IMG/VR virus record: IMGVR_UViG_3300042695_000536
Coordinates: 8,285-72,284 of that record
Strand: one strand, 5' to 3'
DNA from: a virus
Taxonomy: Duplodnaviria > Caudoviricetes
DNA length: 64,000 nucleotides
In this document: positions 8,827 to 17,955 of the stretch, piece by piece
Numbering within the stretch: position 1 is the stretch's first letter
Layout: the number at the start of each line of letters is the position of its first letter
Translations under genes and position numbers: made by a program
The notes under the pieces: model-generated
What the model was told of the DNA's origin: nothing
The model's database searches: none
The model's input: the letters and a program-made list of their open reading frames with translations, nothing else

Positions 8827-9106
8827 TAGCAAACTCCAAATCTATTCTTGATTGAATTGCAAATGATAGTTCATATGTTAGTTGATATAGTTCGACTAGA
8901 GTATCTAGTCGTCCTTCACATTCTGTTCGGACCATAGAATCCATTGCCTCTTCAGACAACTCCTCCTGTGCTAATGCGTCCTTTAAATCTTGCTCGGCAA
9001 TTAGCATTAAGTTCTTTAGTTCTCCGTGCATTATATCTAATCCGCTAACACCCGCATTAACCAAACGCTGTAGGTGCGGAGGGAGCCCAATGTCTTCTTG
9101 ATTCAT
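8816..9106 (-). CDS. Hypothetical helical acidic protein
   Basis: ORF track; GAGG RBS. Confidence 0.7.
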   Translation of the reverse strand: MNQEDIGLPPHLQRLVNAGVSGLDIMHGELKNLMLIAEQDLKDALAQEELSEEAMDSMVRTECEGRLDTLVELYQLTYELSFAIQSRIDLEFANEA

Positions 9107-9309
9107 TATATTACCTCATAGTTCACTAGTGTTGATTCATTTAAGTTGTTTGCCCAATCAGGCTTTCCTTCTACCCAATCATATTCAATATCGATATCTC
9201 CTCCGCCTTCGGCAGGAGCACCAATTGTGATTACCAATTCTGTCCCGTCCTCAAAAAATATTTGTTCAACGGCGGAACGATAAGTAACTTCTCTAGATGA
9301 TATGTTCAT
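9106..9309 (-). CDS. Hypothetical early protein
   Basis: Own promoter (9334-9355) and AACGAAAGG RBS. Confidence 0.65.
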   Translation of the reverse strand: MNISSREVTYRSAVEQIFFEDGTELVITIGAPAEGGGDIDIEYDWVEGKPDWANNLNESTLVNYEVI

Positions 9310-9494
9310 TAATATACCCTTTCGTTATCAATCATTATATCAGTAGCCACTGACAAAATATGTTCCATAGTATCAATGGCACCCATATAATAACTATCTG
9401 ATTCGAAGTATTCATCTTCAGGAATAGGAATATTATTTCTAGCATCTTCTAAATCTTGTTCTAAACTAATCTTATGTATCTTTAGATACTCCAT
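9309..9494 (-). CDS. Hypothetical acidic protein
   Basis: ORF track; start uncertain (MEYLK). Confidence 0.55.
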   Translation of the reverse strand: MEYLKIHKISLEQDLEDARNNIPIPEDEYFESDSYYMGAIDTMEHILSVATDIMIDNERVY

Positions 9495-9817
9495 AAAATG
9501 TGATGACTTAGTCAAAATAACCCTCCGCCCAAAGCCCCTGGAGGAAGTCATTTGTTTTTAACAAGCCTTCATTTAATATTGACTTGTCCATTAAATCGGA
9601 CGGGGTTCTAAGATAAAATAACTTAGCATCATGTACTGAGTTAATCATCTCATCAAGATCATCTTTAGTATAACCTAGCATTCTATTGCCTCCATATATT
9701 TAATCATAGTATTAAGTGTTATATGAATGTGACAATCACAATCATCTGATGTATCTCTATCATCAAAATGGATTAAGTTGTCATCATAGATATAATCAAT
9801 TAGTTCTTGGCTGGTAA

Positions 9818-10030
9818 TCATAGGAGGAATTCATCTCCTTCAATATAACCATAGTACTCATTGTATGATTGTTTTAAGTTATCAGGAGCAAATTGCATGA
9901 ACATATATTCAGCATAATCGCTGCCCTCATCTAAATTTTTGCTGTTCCATTGTTCAAAGAGATGTTGCTCAATATCTACTTGAATTGCTCCAAGGATATG
10001 TTCTCCTACTGTATCTGTAAATGCTTCCAT
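9818..10030 (-). CDS. Hypothetical acidic protein
   Basis: Promoter 10071-10092 embedded in upstream gene; GAAAGG RBS. Confidence 0.65.
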   Translation of the reverse strand: MEAFTDTVGEHILGAIQVDIEQHLFEQWNSKNLDEGSDYAEYMFMQFAPDNLKQSYNEYYGYIEGDEFLL

Positions 10031-10764
10031 TATGCTTCCGCCTTTCTATATTCGGGTACTTTAGTGTCTAAGTATATCTTATGGGTCTGACAAATTGCTA
10101 CAGCCTCTAGGTCAGCATTGCCTAGCCAGTTGCAGTTGCCACAGATTTCACCGCAGTCATTGTCGCAGTATTCCATTTGGTCAGTTGCATCACAATCACG
10201 GCACATGTTATCGTATTCTGATTCTGATATAACTTCTCCACGGAGGAATTCCATTTCCCCACCCCAACCTGTTTCTTCTTCATATGATAAAGTAAATAGT
10301 AGTGTTGGGTATTGTGCAGATAGTTTAGAGATAGCACCAAGAGGTCGTGACCATGCAGTGTTAAAGTTGTAATGAACTACATAGTTCTCACCGTTTTCTG
10401 CTTCTTCAATAGTTGTATCAGGATACTTATTACCCTCGGCTACAGCAACATCCCACTTGGTTCCCCACTCACGCACATTAAAGTTGTACCAGTCATTGGT
10501 CTCAAACTTCATTGCCTGAGAAAAGTCGGTGGAACGAGGAGGCTGTCCATGATATACCTCATCAGTAATACCAGCATCTCTATAGTTATAGATATTATGA
10601 AAAGCAAAGATAGGATTAACATACTTAGTCTGCTTGACATCATATGATAAATCACCTACTGCAGTAATAGAATAAACAAATGGCTTATTCATTTGTTTGA
10701 TTAGAGATTTTACTTGCTCAGGATTACCTTCAATAGTTAATCCATTAAATACCCAATTTGGCAT
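10030..10764 (-). CDS. Api92/YubB (DUF1281) ferredoxin-like domain protein with C-terminal Cys cluster
   Basis: MPNWVFNGLTIEG...WYNFNVREWGTKWD...FNTAWSRP...YEEE.G..G; true start follows promoter and RBS. Confidence 0.8.
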   Translation of the reverse strand: MPNWVFNGLTIEGNPEQVKSLIKQMNKPFVYSITAVGDLSYDVKQTKYVNPIFAFHNIYNYRDAGITDEVYHGQPPRSTDFSQAMKFETNDWYNFNVREWGTKWDVAVAEGNKYPDTTIEEAENGENYVVHYNFNTAWSRPLGAISKLSAQYPTLLFTLSYEEETGWGGEMEFLRGEVISESEYDNMCRDCDATDQMEYCDNDCGEICGNCNWLGNADLEAVAICQTHKIYLDTKVPEYRKAEA

Positions 10765-10947
10765 TTTATATCCTTTCGTTGATATGTTCCAATTATACAA
10801 TGGACCACTGACATTTGGAATAGCAAATAGGTGTGTTTCACACCACATTTTCCAAGCTATGTGGTCAAGATCACACAAATTCCTGGGAAAATTAACTTGA
10901 CGTCGTAAAACAAACATGCTACCCTCAAGTCTTTGCGGGCAATAGAA

Positions 10948-10970
10948 AACCCCCAGCTATGCTGGGGGTT
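10948..10970. terminator. Intrinsic terminator-like hairpin
   Basis: CCCCAGC-TAT-GCTGGGG with adjacent A-tract (U-tail on - strand). Confidence 0.6.
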
Positions 10971-11092
10971 ATGAATATGGCTGCTGATTTCCAACGAAAG
11001 AAATAAACCGCTTTACTTAGCGCCTGGCCCTAAAGACTAATAGACGCACCATTTCATTTCCTATTAAAACCAGGACCAAAGTCCTAGTCTAA

Positions 11093-11458
11093 TTATACCA
11101 TAACTAGTCGACTGTATTTATCTACGAATGCTGCAAGGGACGAGGTAAACACTACCGTGCTCAGGTCCTCTTCATACAGTGTAAAAGTTTGATTGGACCA
11201 ATCAATAACAGGCACCTTATGCTCATTATCTCCTAATTGATTAATGTAGATACCCCAGCCTGTTTTTTCAGTCCAGTCTTCTCCAATTAGATTAGATATA
11301 GCAATGCGTGTTGCATATGATTCATCCTGCCAGCGAGGCTCTGCAGCCTGCACAGCATTGGCCAACTTGGCTAGCATATTATGCCCAGCCCAGTGTCCAT
11401 ATAGAAATAGTACATTCTCCTTGGAATCTCTGAATCCAAAGTTTGCTCTGTCGCCCAT
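11093..11458 (-). CDS. Conserved phage protein (MGxR...YxHW type)
   Basis: MGDRANFGF...FLYGHWAG. Confidence 0.7.
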   Translation of the reverse strand: MGDRANFGFRDSKENVLFLYGHWAGHNMLAKLANAVQAAEPRWQDESYATRIAISNLIGEDWTEKTGWGIYINQLGDNEHKVPVIDWSNQTFTLYEEDLSTVVFTSSLAAFVDKYSRLVMV

Positions 11459-11459
11459 T

Positions 11460-11669
11460 TTATTCCGCCGTTTCTAGTTGAGGGATTGCTTCTTCCGTTT
11501 TGTTTAATTCTATCACTTCGTATGCGACCTTGTCAAGGCCACGCTTGCTTGCGTTGTAGTGGTGACCGCAAAAGAAAAGCTCACCATCTACTAGTTTAAC
11601 CATATACATTGCTTGGGCTGTGCCACATTGGTCACATGCTATCCATCTTGTTAGATCTTCCATTGTCAT
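11460..11669 (-). CDS. Small Zn-binding protein resembling an actinobacterial CDxC...LxFCxHH family
   Basis: CDQCGTAQAMYMVKLVDGELFFCGHH. Confidence 0.65.
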   Translation of the reverse strand: MTMEDLTRWIACDQCGTAQAMYMVKLVDGELFFCGHHYNASKRGLDKVAYEVIELNKTEEAIPQLETAE

Positions 11670-11821
11670 AGTGCTCCACCTTCAATCATCTCAGAAAGAC
11701 GATCAAGGATCCAGGAATCAATGTCGTTGATATCAATCTCTGATAACTTTTCCATGATTTCATCACGGGCAAACTTATACCCATCGTCCCAACCATCTTT
11801 ATAGTCTGACATAATTTCTCC

Positions 11822-12025
11822 TTAATAACCTGTGGTTTCGTAGTCTGATATGTAAGATTCAGTTAAGTTATACTTATCACGAATTCTACTTACTTTCTCA
11901 ATACTACCAGTTCCAATGTTGAATGTCAACGGTGACATTGCTTGCGGGTCCAGCCCAATAATTTGTGCATCCCAATAGGCCATCTCCATGGATAGCCTAT
12001 CAGGAGCAGTCAACTCAAAATACAT
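11822..12025 (-). CDS. Hypothetical early protein
   Basis: ORF track; coupled TAATG junction. Confidence 0.65.
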   Translation of the reverse strand: MYFELTAPDRLSMEMAYWDAQIIGLDPQAMSPLTFNIGTGSIEKVSRIRDKYNLTESYISDYETTGY

Positions 12026-12699
12026 TAGCAGTTCTCCCTAATGTTGCAGATTTCTTGGTCAACAACTTCAATGTTGCCATTGTGTGAATCAGCATAAAGA
12101 GCATCTTCAATTTCTGAATCTAAGTCAAAATGAGTATCCTCAAGTAGGTTGACTGAAATAGTTCCGCTAACTTCAATAGATGCAGACCATTCAATCTCTC
12201 TAATTAATTCAATCTCAAGCGCTTCTGCAATTGCTTGCAAAGTTTCTTGGTCTTCTGAATCAGCATATGCCTCTGAAATAATATCTTTAACTAAGCCAAT
12301 CTTATTCTGTAAAGATGAGACTGCCTTAGAATTTGTGCGACCATTATGCAGTTCGTATTCAATGTTGCGAACTTTATCTGTAGCATATTCAGCATCCGAA
12401 TAACCACGGATTACTTTGTATGTAACTAATTGGTCAGGGTTGTACTTCTCTGCATCTGATAGAGGCAGGTTTTCTACTGTCATTCCGTCCATATTGCTTC
12501 CTTCTTTCGTTTGGTTTAAGGATGTAATTGTAGCATGCTCCACTGACACTAATGTGGTCTTACGGCCACACGGGCATGTGAGTTCTGTCACACCTGATGG
12601 AAAGCCAAATCCATCAGATGATGTTAATTGGATTAAACAATCACACTCATCTGGGTCACAGACAAATGTGTACACGCTTGATACTAGTTCGTTGGTCAT
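12025..12699 (-). CDS. Leaderless Cys-rich-N-terminus protein with nested in-frame start at 12492
   Basis: ATG 12699 is 7 nt after TATAAT; internal promoter 12527-12548 and ACGAAAGAAGG RBS precede Met at 12492. Confidence 0.65.
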   Translation of the reverse strand: MTNELVSSVYTFVCDPDECDCLIQLTSSDGFGFPSGVTELTCPCGRKTTLVSVEHATITSLNQTKEGSNMDGMTVENLPLSDAEKYNPDQLVTYKVIRGYSDAEYATDKVRNIEYELHNGRTNSKAVSSLQNKIGLVKDIISEAYADSEDQETLQAIAEALEIELIREIEWSASIEVSGTISVNLLEDTHFDLDSEIEDALYADSHNGNIEVVDQEICNIRENC

Positions 12700-12800
12700 G
12701 TACAGAATTATACAGGACCCCACTGACATTTACAATAGATTCCAGGGAATTTAAATGTGAGTCGTAACACACTTTTTGCCCCCTTAGCTTTGAGGGCGCT

Positions 12801-12877
12801 TGGCGATCCATAACGGACTTGAACCGTCGGCCTCTACCGTGACAGGGTAGCGCTCTAACCAACTGAGCTAATGGACC
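12801..12877 (-). tRNA. tRNA-Asp (GTC)
   Basis: GGTCCAT-TAGCTCAGTTGGTTAGAGC...CT-GTC-AC...GGTTCAAGTCC...ATGGATCG-CCA cloverleaf. Confidence 0.95.
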
Positions 12878-12924
12878 AAGAAAAAATGTGAGCAGTTTTA
12901 AATCTTGCTCAGGATTATTTTTAT

Positions 12925-13932
12925 TTAGAAAGCAGAAATCAATTTCTTGATTTTGTTTTTCTCAGCGGTTAGCACTGGGTCAAATCCTGATGCGCCAGCC
13001 ATAAGCGTTTCAGAATTTCCACGACCTGAGCGATAGTAATCAAGGCGTTCGGTGAGAGCATTAAACGCACCCCATTTAGTTCCCTTGATGTTAGCATTAG
13101 TTGGTGAGTTATGGTAAAGGTCATCAAGTAGCACGACCTTATTCTCCCATTTAGTTAGCGCAACTTTAGCAGCATCATCAGCAGGCTTTGGATAAATTGT
13201 GTGAATTAACTTTGAGAATTCAGCATCAGTAATTGACTGAGAATAAAGTGCTTGCGCTTCCTTCTCGAATTCATCAAAGTAACCAAGAGCAAGCCCAAGA
13301 GTTTCACGAGCAACTTGAATGCGACCTTCAACAGATTGCGTATGACGAATCTTGAAAGATTGCTTAGCGTTACGCATGGCAAGATTCAATGTGTTTTGGC
13401 ATACAACACGAACAGGAGTAACAGCAGCCTGAACAGCAACTGACCCGTCATGTGATGTCCATACAATTAAATAGAGTTTAGTTTCATCGTTGGCACCTTG
13501 TGGGTCAAGAACCATTGTGCGAGGAATATCAACAGTGCCGAATACAACTTTGCCCTTTTTCAATGAGCCAGCAGATTCCCAACGGCAGTCAGCGTTCGCA
13601 TCATGAATAGCATCAGCGAATGCGAATAATTCTTCATTCTGTACAGGCTTGTAACGCTTGCCAACAGTGGCAAGAACATCAGTTCCCTTATTGAATGGAT
13701 TGTCACGAATGACAAGAGATGCGGTAGAGACATCATTCCAAGATTCTGGAATGTGCTCAGTGATTGGAGATAGACGAACATTCCAATTTGCCAACTTTGC
13801 TTCTTCAAGCATTAGGGCGGTAGTAACTTCTTCATCTTTTGTGAAGATGCGATTTGCTAGGTTGTGCCAAGCAGGTGCGCCACGGAGAGCGAAAGCAACT
13901 TCGCCGTTTTCCATTTCTAGATTGTGAGCCAT
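12925..13932 (-). CDS. DUF932/DUF945 (LGT_TIGR03299) family protein
   Basis: MAHNLE...PAWHNL...VGKRYKPVQNEE.F.F...ESAGSL..GK.VF...SHDGS....TPVRVVCQNTL...HT...GTKWGAFNALTE..D. Confidence 0.9.
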   Translation of the reverse strand: MAHNLEMENGEVAFALRGAPAWHNLANRIFTKDEEVTTALMLEEAKLANWNVRLSPITEHIPESWNDVSTASLVIRDNPFNKGTDVLATVGKRYKPVQNEELFAFADAIHDANADCRWESAGSLKKGKVVFGTVDIPRTMVLDPQGANDETKLYLIVWTSHDGSVAVQAAVTPVRVVCQNTLNLAMRNAKQSFKIRHTQSVEGRIQVARETLGLALGYFDEFEKEAQALYSQSITDAEFSKLIHTIYPKPADDAAKVALTKWENKVVLLDDLYHNSPTNANIKGTKWGAFNALTERLDYYRSGRGNSETLMAGASGFDPVLTAEKNKIKKLISAF

Positions 13933-14132
13933 ATATTTTTTACCTTTCGTTTGATTAGTCATAAGTATAACAGGTGCCACTGACATTGTCTAGGATTAGA
14001 TACAATATGTCCGAATTGATCCATGTGATTAATCTCACAAAATTCCAGGGATATCCACAGGCAGTCGTAACCCTGTGGATAACCCCTTACCTTTACGGGC
14101 CAGCTGCAGGATATGCAGCTAGTGTTAGATCT

Positions 14133-14387
14133 TTACAGACCTAACTCATCCCTGGTTAATTGATTCTTTCGATTGAAGTTAATAACTTCGGCGGGAAGAT
14201 AAAGAGCAGTTGTCTTAGTCTTCTTCAATGTATCATACACATAAGCACGAACATCACCAAAAAAGTTACGGCGATTAGAGAATGCTAATTCAGTTAAGTA
14301 TTCCTTATCAACGCCTTGCTCTGAATAAATTGTTACATCATTTAACTTGTTCTCATCATAGATTTCTACTCTGAAACGATTTTTCAT
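14133..14387 (-). CDS. Hypothetical early protein
   Basis: ORF track; AACAAAGG RBS. Confidence 0.7.
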   Translation of the reverse strand: MKNRFRVEIYDENKLNDVTIYSEQGVDKEYLTELAFSNRRNFFGDVRAYVYDTLKKTKTTALYLPAEVINFNRKNQLTRDELGL

Positions 14388-14458
14388 TTTGTTGCCTTTG
14401 TTAGTAGTTGTCCCAAAAGGGAGAGCAGTTTGGCGACATACTCAGGTCGTTGGATTAT

Positions 14459-14881
14459 TTACAGATAACGAGCAACCGCATTGTAAGTGCTGGTATTAAC
14501 AACTTCCTCATCTGTCATTTTAAGAATACGAATTGCGTTTTCCATTTCCTCTTTCATCTCATTGTATGAGTGGCGGTGGATTACTTCGTAGTCCTTCTCA
14601 GGTTCAGCAGGGAAGTTTCCTTCCTTTGTGATGATGTCAAAATCAACATTGAGAGTGTTGTTCCAGTTGCGATAGTTTGTGCGTAGGTTTTCAGCCTTTG
14701 AGAAGTTAGCAATAGCCCACTTTCCAATTTCCTTTTTCCACGCTTCTACCTGCTTGTTATACTTTGCTTCGTTTGCTTCTTGTGATGCGAAGTCTTTATT
14801 TAGTTGTGCCAACTTTGTTTCCAAAGCCTTGATTACTCGCTGAGTTGGGATTTTCACCGAGATTGCTTTTCCTCTAGCCAT
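14459..14881 (-). CDS. Hypothetical coiled-coil early protein
   Basis: Own promoter and RBS. Confidence 0.8.
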   Translation of the reverse strand: MARGKAISVKIPTQRVIKALETKLAQLNKDFASQEANEAKYNKQVEAWKKEIGKWAIANFSKAENLRTNYRNWNNTLNVDFDIITKEGNFPAEPEKDYEVIHRHSYNEMKEEMENAIRILKMTDEEVVNTSTYNAVARYL

Positions 14882-14967
14882 TTGTTTCCTTCTTTCGTTG
14901 TGGGTTGGGTTGATGAAGTAATTATAGCAGGGAGGTCTGACATTTCTGCGACCCCCCTGCCTTTAGA

Positions 14968-15150
14968 TTATACGCCTAGTAGTGTTTGAGCGGATACGGA
15001 AGTCCAACGAGTTTCCTTGTTTGGCATTTCCAATAGCACACGCACCGAGCCAGATGTTTGTGGGTGGATTTCTTTAATCACACCTGTTTTCTTTGACTTA
15101 AGGGTAGTGAATAAATCGCCTACCTGATACAACTTGTCGTTGATTGTCAT
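14968..15150 (-). CDS. Small SH3/KOW-like protein
   Basis: YQVGDLFTT...TGVIKEI...VRVLLE...RWTSV; own promoter. Confidence 0.6.
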   Translation of the reverse strand: MTINDKLYQVGDLFTTLKSKKTGVIKEIHPQTSGSVRVLLEMPNKETRWTSVSAQTLLGV

Positions 15151-15247
15151 TTATTGCCTCTTTTCTTTGTTAGGTTGGTAATTATAGCATTGGGGTCTGA
15201 CATTAGTCTAGCCCTATCTCATTATTTGAGAAAGTTATTGTGTGACC

Positions 15248-15511
15248 TTAGTCACTTTCAGGTAGCCAAGCGTCTAAGTGGTGCTGTTCGATAATAGCCC
15301 ACGCTGGCGCATGAGAGTCACCCTTATAAGATACGCCTTCAGGCATTTCGATCAACTTATTATAATCCTCATCATAGTAAGCATCAATAGCCTCGATACA
15401 AGGCTGTACCATAGAAAGTGGGACGGGCGGGTAATGATTACCCTGTAAGTGATAACCTAGTGCTACCTCTAAATCTAATTCAGTTAAATCTAATGCTGTA
15501 TTGTATCCCAT
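15248..15511 (-). CDS. Conserved hypothetical phage protein
   Basis: HLQGNHYPPVP...IIEQHHLDAWL. Confidence 0.75.
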   Translation of the reverse strand: MGYNTALDLTELDLEVALGYHLQGNHYPPVPLSMVQPCIEAIDAYYDEDYNKLIEMPEGVSYKGDSHAPAWAIIEQHHLDAWLPESD

Positions 15512-15714
15512 TATTCTGCCACCTTAAGAATTGCGTATGAGCCATTAGCATTTATCTCATCAAGAATTGGTTGTAGTCGGCTACCGACTAAATCTTTTAG
15601 CATTGACTCTAGCATAAAGATACGAGTATCCTCATCAAGCATTTCTATTTGCTTAGTTACTGGATGGCCGTCCTTAAACTCTGTTACGAACTTCAGGTTG
15701 TGTTCTATTCTCAT
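15511..15714 (-). CDS. Hypothetical early protein
   Basis: Own promoter and AACGAAAGG RBS. Confidence 0.7.
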   Translation of the reverse strand: MRIEHNLKFVTEFKDGHPVTKQIEMLDEDTRIFMLESMLKDLVGSRLQPILDEINANGSYAILKVAE

Positions 15715-15993
15715 TTGTTGCCTTTCGTTGTTGGTATAAGAGTATTATAGCCTATGCCACTGACAAATTGCTCAACACGCCCAAGCTTTATCTAATTTAT
15801 TTTGTGATTAATCTCACAAATTCCAGGGGGTTGTGGATAACGCCCGTAACCCTGTGGATAACCCCGCAGCTTTACGGGCGGGCAGCGTCATTGATCAAAT
15901 TTATTTTTATGTTTTATTTTTCTAAAATATTTTTTCTTATTGCGTACAGGTTGCGCCGCATTACTGCGACGCAATTCCTGTATGCGTTTAACT

Positions 15994-16185
15994 TTATCTC
16001 GAAGTGAATTTTGTGACATGGTATCCACACGCTTTATGAAATCGGTTTACATCAAATCGCTCATTATCTTTTGCGAACATAACTGCGAAATCATTTACAA
16101 TTTTAGAAAATAAAGCAGGGTGCGCCTTATCACTAGCAAAGTTTAAAATTTCTGCTACTGCGACATAATCTTTTCTTGTCATCAT
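15994..16185 (-). CDS. Small phage protein (MTRKDY...DNxRFD..RF..ACG type)
   Basis: Similar to the C-terminal half of 42829..43293. Confidence 0.75.
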   Translation of the reverse strand: MMTRKDYVAVAEILNFASDKAHPALFSKIVNDFAVMFAKDNERFDVNRFHKACGYHVTKFTSR

Positions 16186-16388
16186 TTTGTTACGACCTTT
16201 CGACCTTCACGATAAAATGTTTTTGTGTACATCTTGCCAGTTGGCGTCATTAAATTTACAGTTGAGTATTCGTTAGCAAATCCCCAATCGGTAAATGAAA
16301 GAAATGCGGTGAACGCTTCTAAAGCGTCATCATAGTTTTTATTCCAATGGATAGGCTTGCTATCGTAGGAAATTGTTATTTGGTACAT
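16182..16388 (-). CDS. Small phage protein (DWGFA motif)
   Basis: Similar to the N-terminal half of 42829..43293. Confidence 0.75.
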   Translation of the reverse strand: MYQITISYDSKPIHWNKNYDDALEAFTAFLSFTDWGFANEYSTVNLMTPTGKMYTKTFYREGRKVVTK

Positions 16389-16528
16389 TAGTCATTTTCC
16401 CCGTTCTTAAATAAAGAGCCATCTTGACAATCGCAAGGCTCGCAATCAAAATCATTATCATCACCAAAAAAGATTACGCCATGACCTAAGCAATCTTGGC
16501 AATCTATTGTTAATACTGAGTTAATCAT
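16388..16528 (-). CDS. Small Zn-ribbon protein
   Basis: Manual translation CQDCLGHG...CEPCDC. Confidence 0.55.
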   Translation of the reverse strand: MINSVLTIDCQDCLGHGVIFFGDDNDFDCEPCDCQDGSLFKNGEND

Positions 16529-16692
16529 TAGTGTTGTTCCTCGCAATCTTTGTCATAGTCAAATCCGCAAAAGTAGCAACCCATAAATTCTAGGTGTTCG
16601 ATACAGTAATACTTAAATTGACTTTCATCACAACAAAAATGTTGCTCGTCTGCGATTTCATAGAAATCGGTTTTGTCGATTATGTTTAACAT
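16528..16692 (-). CDS. Small Cys/His-rich protein
   Basis: Manual translation HFCC...CIEH...CYFC...C; own promoter and RBS. Confidence 0.6.
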   Translation of the reverse strand: MLNIIDKTDFYEIADEQHFCCDESQFKYYCIEHLEFMGCYFCGFDYDKDCEEQH

Positions 16693-16744
16693 AGTTTTCC
16701 TTTCGTTTGTTTATTCTGTAATTATAGCGGATAGCACTGACAAA

Positions 16745-16954
16745 TTAGTCAGATACCCTAACCGCAATGGTTGCCCAAAAGTTTTTGATCCCACGGGTTG
16801 GGCGAACCTCGATAGCGTAAGCCTCTAGGTTTTCTCCGTACCAAATTGCGTCACGCTTTGTTGCGTATACGATAGTTCCCTCGTCATGGCGAGAGTGTGA
16901 GCGATAGTGTTTTCCCTCTAAGAGGCTTTCGATAGTGTATGCTTTTGCTGACAT
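16745..16954 (-). CDS. Hypothetical early protein
   Basis: Own promoter and RBS. Confidence 0.7.
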   Translation of the reverse strand: MSAKAYTIESLLEGKHYRSHSRHDEGTIVYATKRDAIWYGENLEAYAIEVRPTRGIKNFWATIAVRVSD

Positions 16955-17279
16955 GAGTTGTCACCTTTCGTTTGTTGATACTGGCAATTATAGCCTATGC
17001 CACTGACATTTTCACATTACTGGCGAGTAATTCCACATTTTGAGACGCTCAAGTCGTGTGATAAAAATCACAAAATCTCGGGCGTGTCGCAAATTCCAGG
17101 GGTTGTGGATAACCCCCGTAACCCTGTGGATAACCCCGCTCTTTTGCGGGCGCATCAACTTTTGTCAAGTCGACACGCCGCTGTTTATTCGAAATCTTTA
17201 AAAATTTCTTCAAGCTTTAGAATTTGCTCATCTGTTAAATGATCAATTTCAATTGCTTTTTCAAATCCAAAAAAATCCA

Positions 17280-17474
17280 TTATTCGTTTTCCATTTCTGC
17301 TAAATAATCTTCATGTTCAATTAGTCCGATTGAAAAAGCGATTGGGTCGCAACATTCCAAAATTTCGGCGGGAGTAAAAGTAGAGTAACCAATTTTTACA
17401 GTAGGGTAAACATCATTTAGTAAATCAATAAAGCTTTCTTTAATTTCTAAATCTTTTTCGAAATCTGATTTCAT
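17280..17474 (-). CDS. Small acidic phage protein
   Basis: F.DLLNDVYPTVKIG..TF.PAEIL..CDPIAF. Confidence 0.7.
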   Translation of the reverse strand: MKSDFEKDLEIKESFIDLLNDVYPTVKIGYSTFTPAEILECCDPIAFSIGLIEHEDYLAEMENE

Positions 17475-17769
17475 TCGCTTAACTCCAATTCGGTATAATC
17501 AACAACAATAAAATCAAGTCGCTCTAATGGAACAACCTTTAACCATGATAAGGCAGACTCAAAATCATCTGCCTCAACAGTAACGGATAAATCAAAATTA
17601 AATACAGCCATTTAGTTAGTTTCCTTATCTTTTAGTATGTTTAGAATAATCTCTAATTGCTTAGTGCTTAGTAACGCTTGAGCGCAACCCCACTTAAAGG
17701 CTAAATCCATTTCGCCATAGTGCTTTTTAGCAAGAGTTGTTATTTCTTGCGTTACCTCAAAATTAGTTT

Positions 17770-17955
17770 TCATTTAGTTAAACTCCAATCGGAATAAAAT
17801 GGTAAGCGGTCATAGTCATCATAGAAATAGACTCTATCTATGTTCTGCTCGCATGTTTCGCAGAAAGTGTATTCGACATCTACACCCATGCCATAGGTAG
17901 TAGATACGCTCTCCATGTGTGGAGTGTGTGTATGTGTATTTGTTAGTGTAGTCAT
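17770..17955 (-). CDS. Small His/Cys protein
   Basis: HTPH...FCETCEQNI; own promoter. Confidence 0.6.
   Translation of the reverse strand: MTTLTNTHTHTPHMESVSTTYGMGVDVEYTFCETCEQNIDRVYFYDDYDRLPFYSDWSLTK

Noticed and set aside
10765-10917. N-terminal extensions of ORFs 10030..10917, 12025..12729, 12925..13986 and 19166..19381
   Set aside because: They run through promoter/RBS motifs; true starts are downstream
12656-12862. 68-aa ORF
   Set aside because: Overlaps tRNA-Asp and a promoter
15768-17242. + strand ORFs 15768..16007 and 16997..17242 (LWITPVTLWITP, VDNPRNPVDN)
   Set aside because: Translations of the DnaA-box repeat modules, antisense to the real genes
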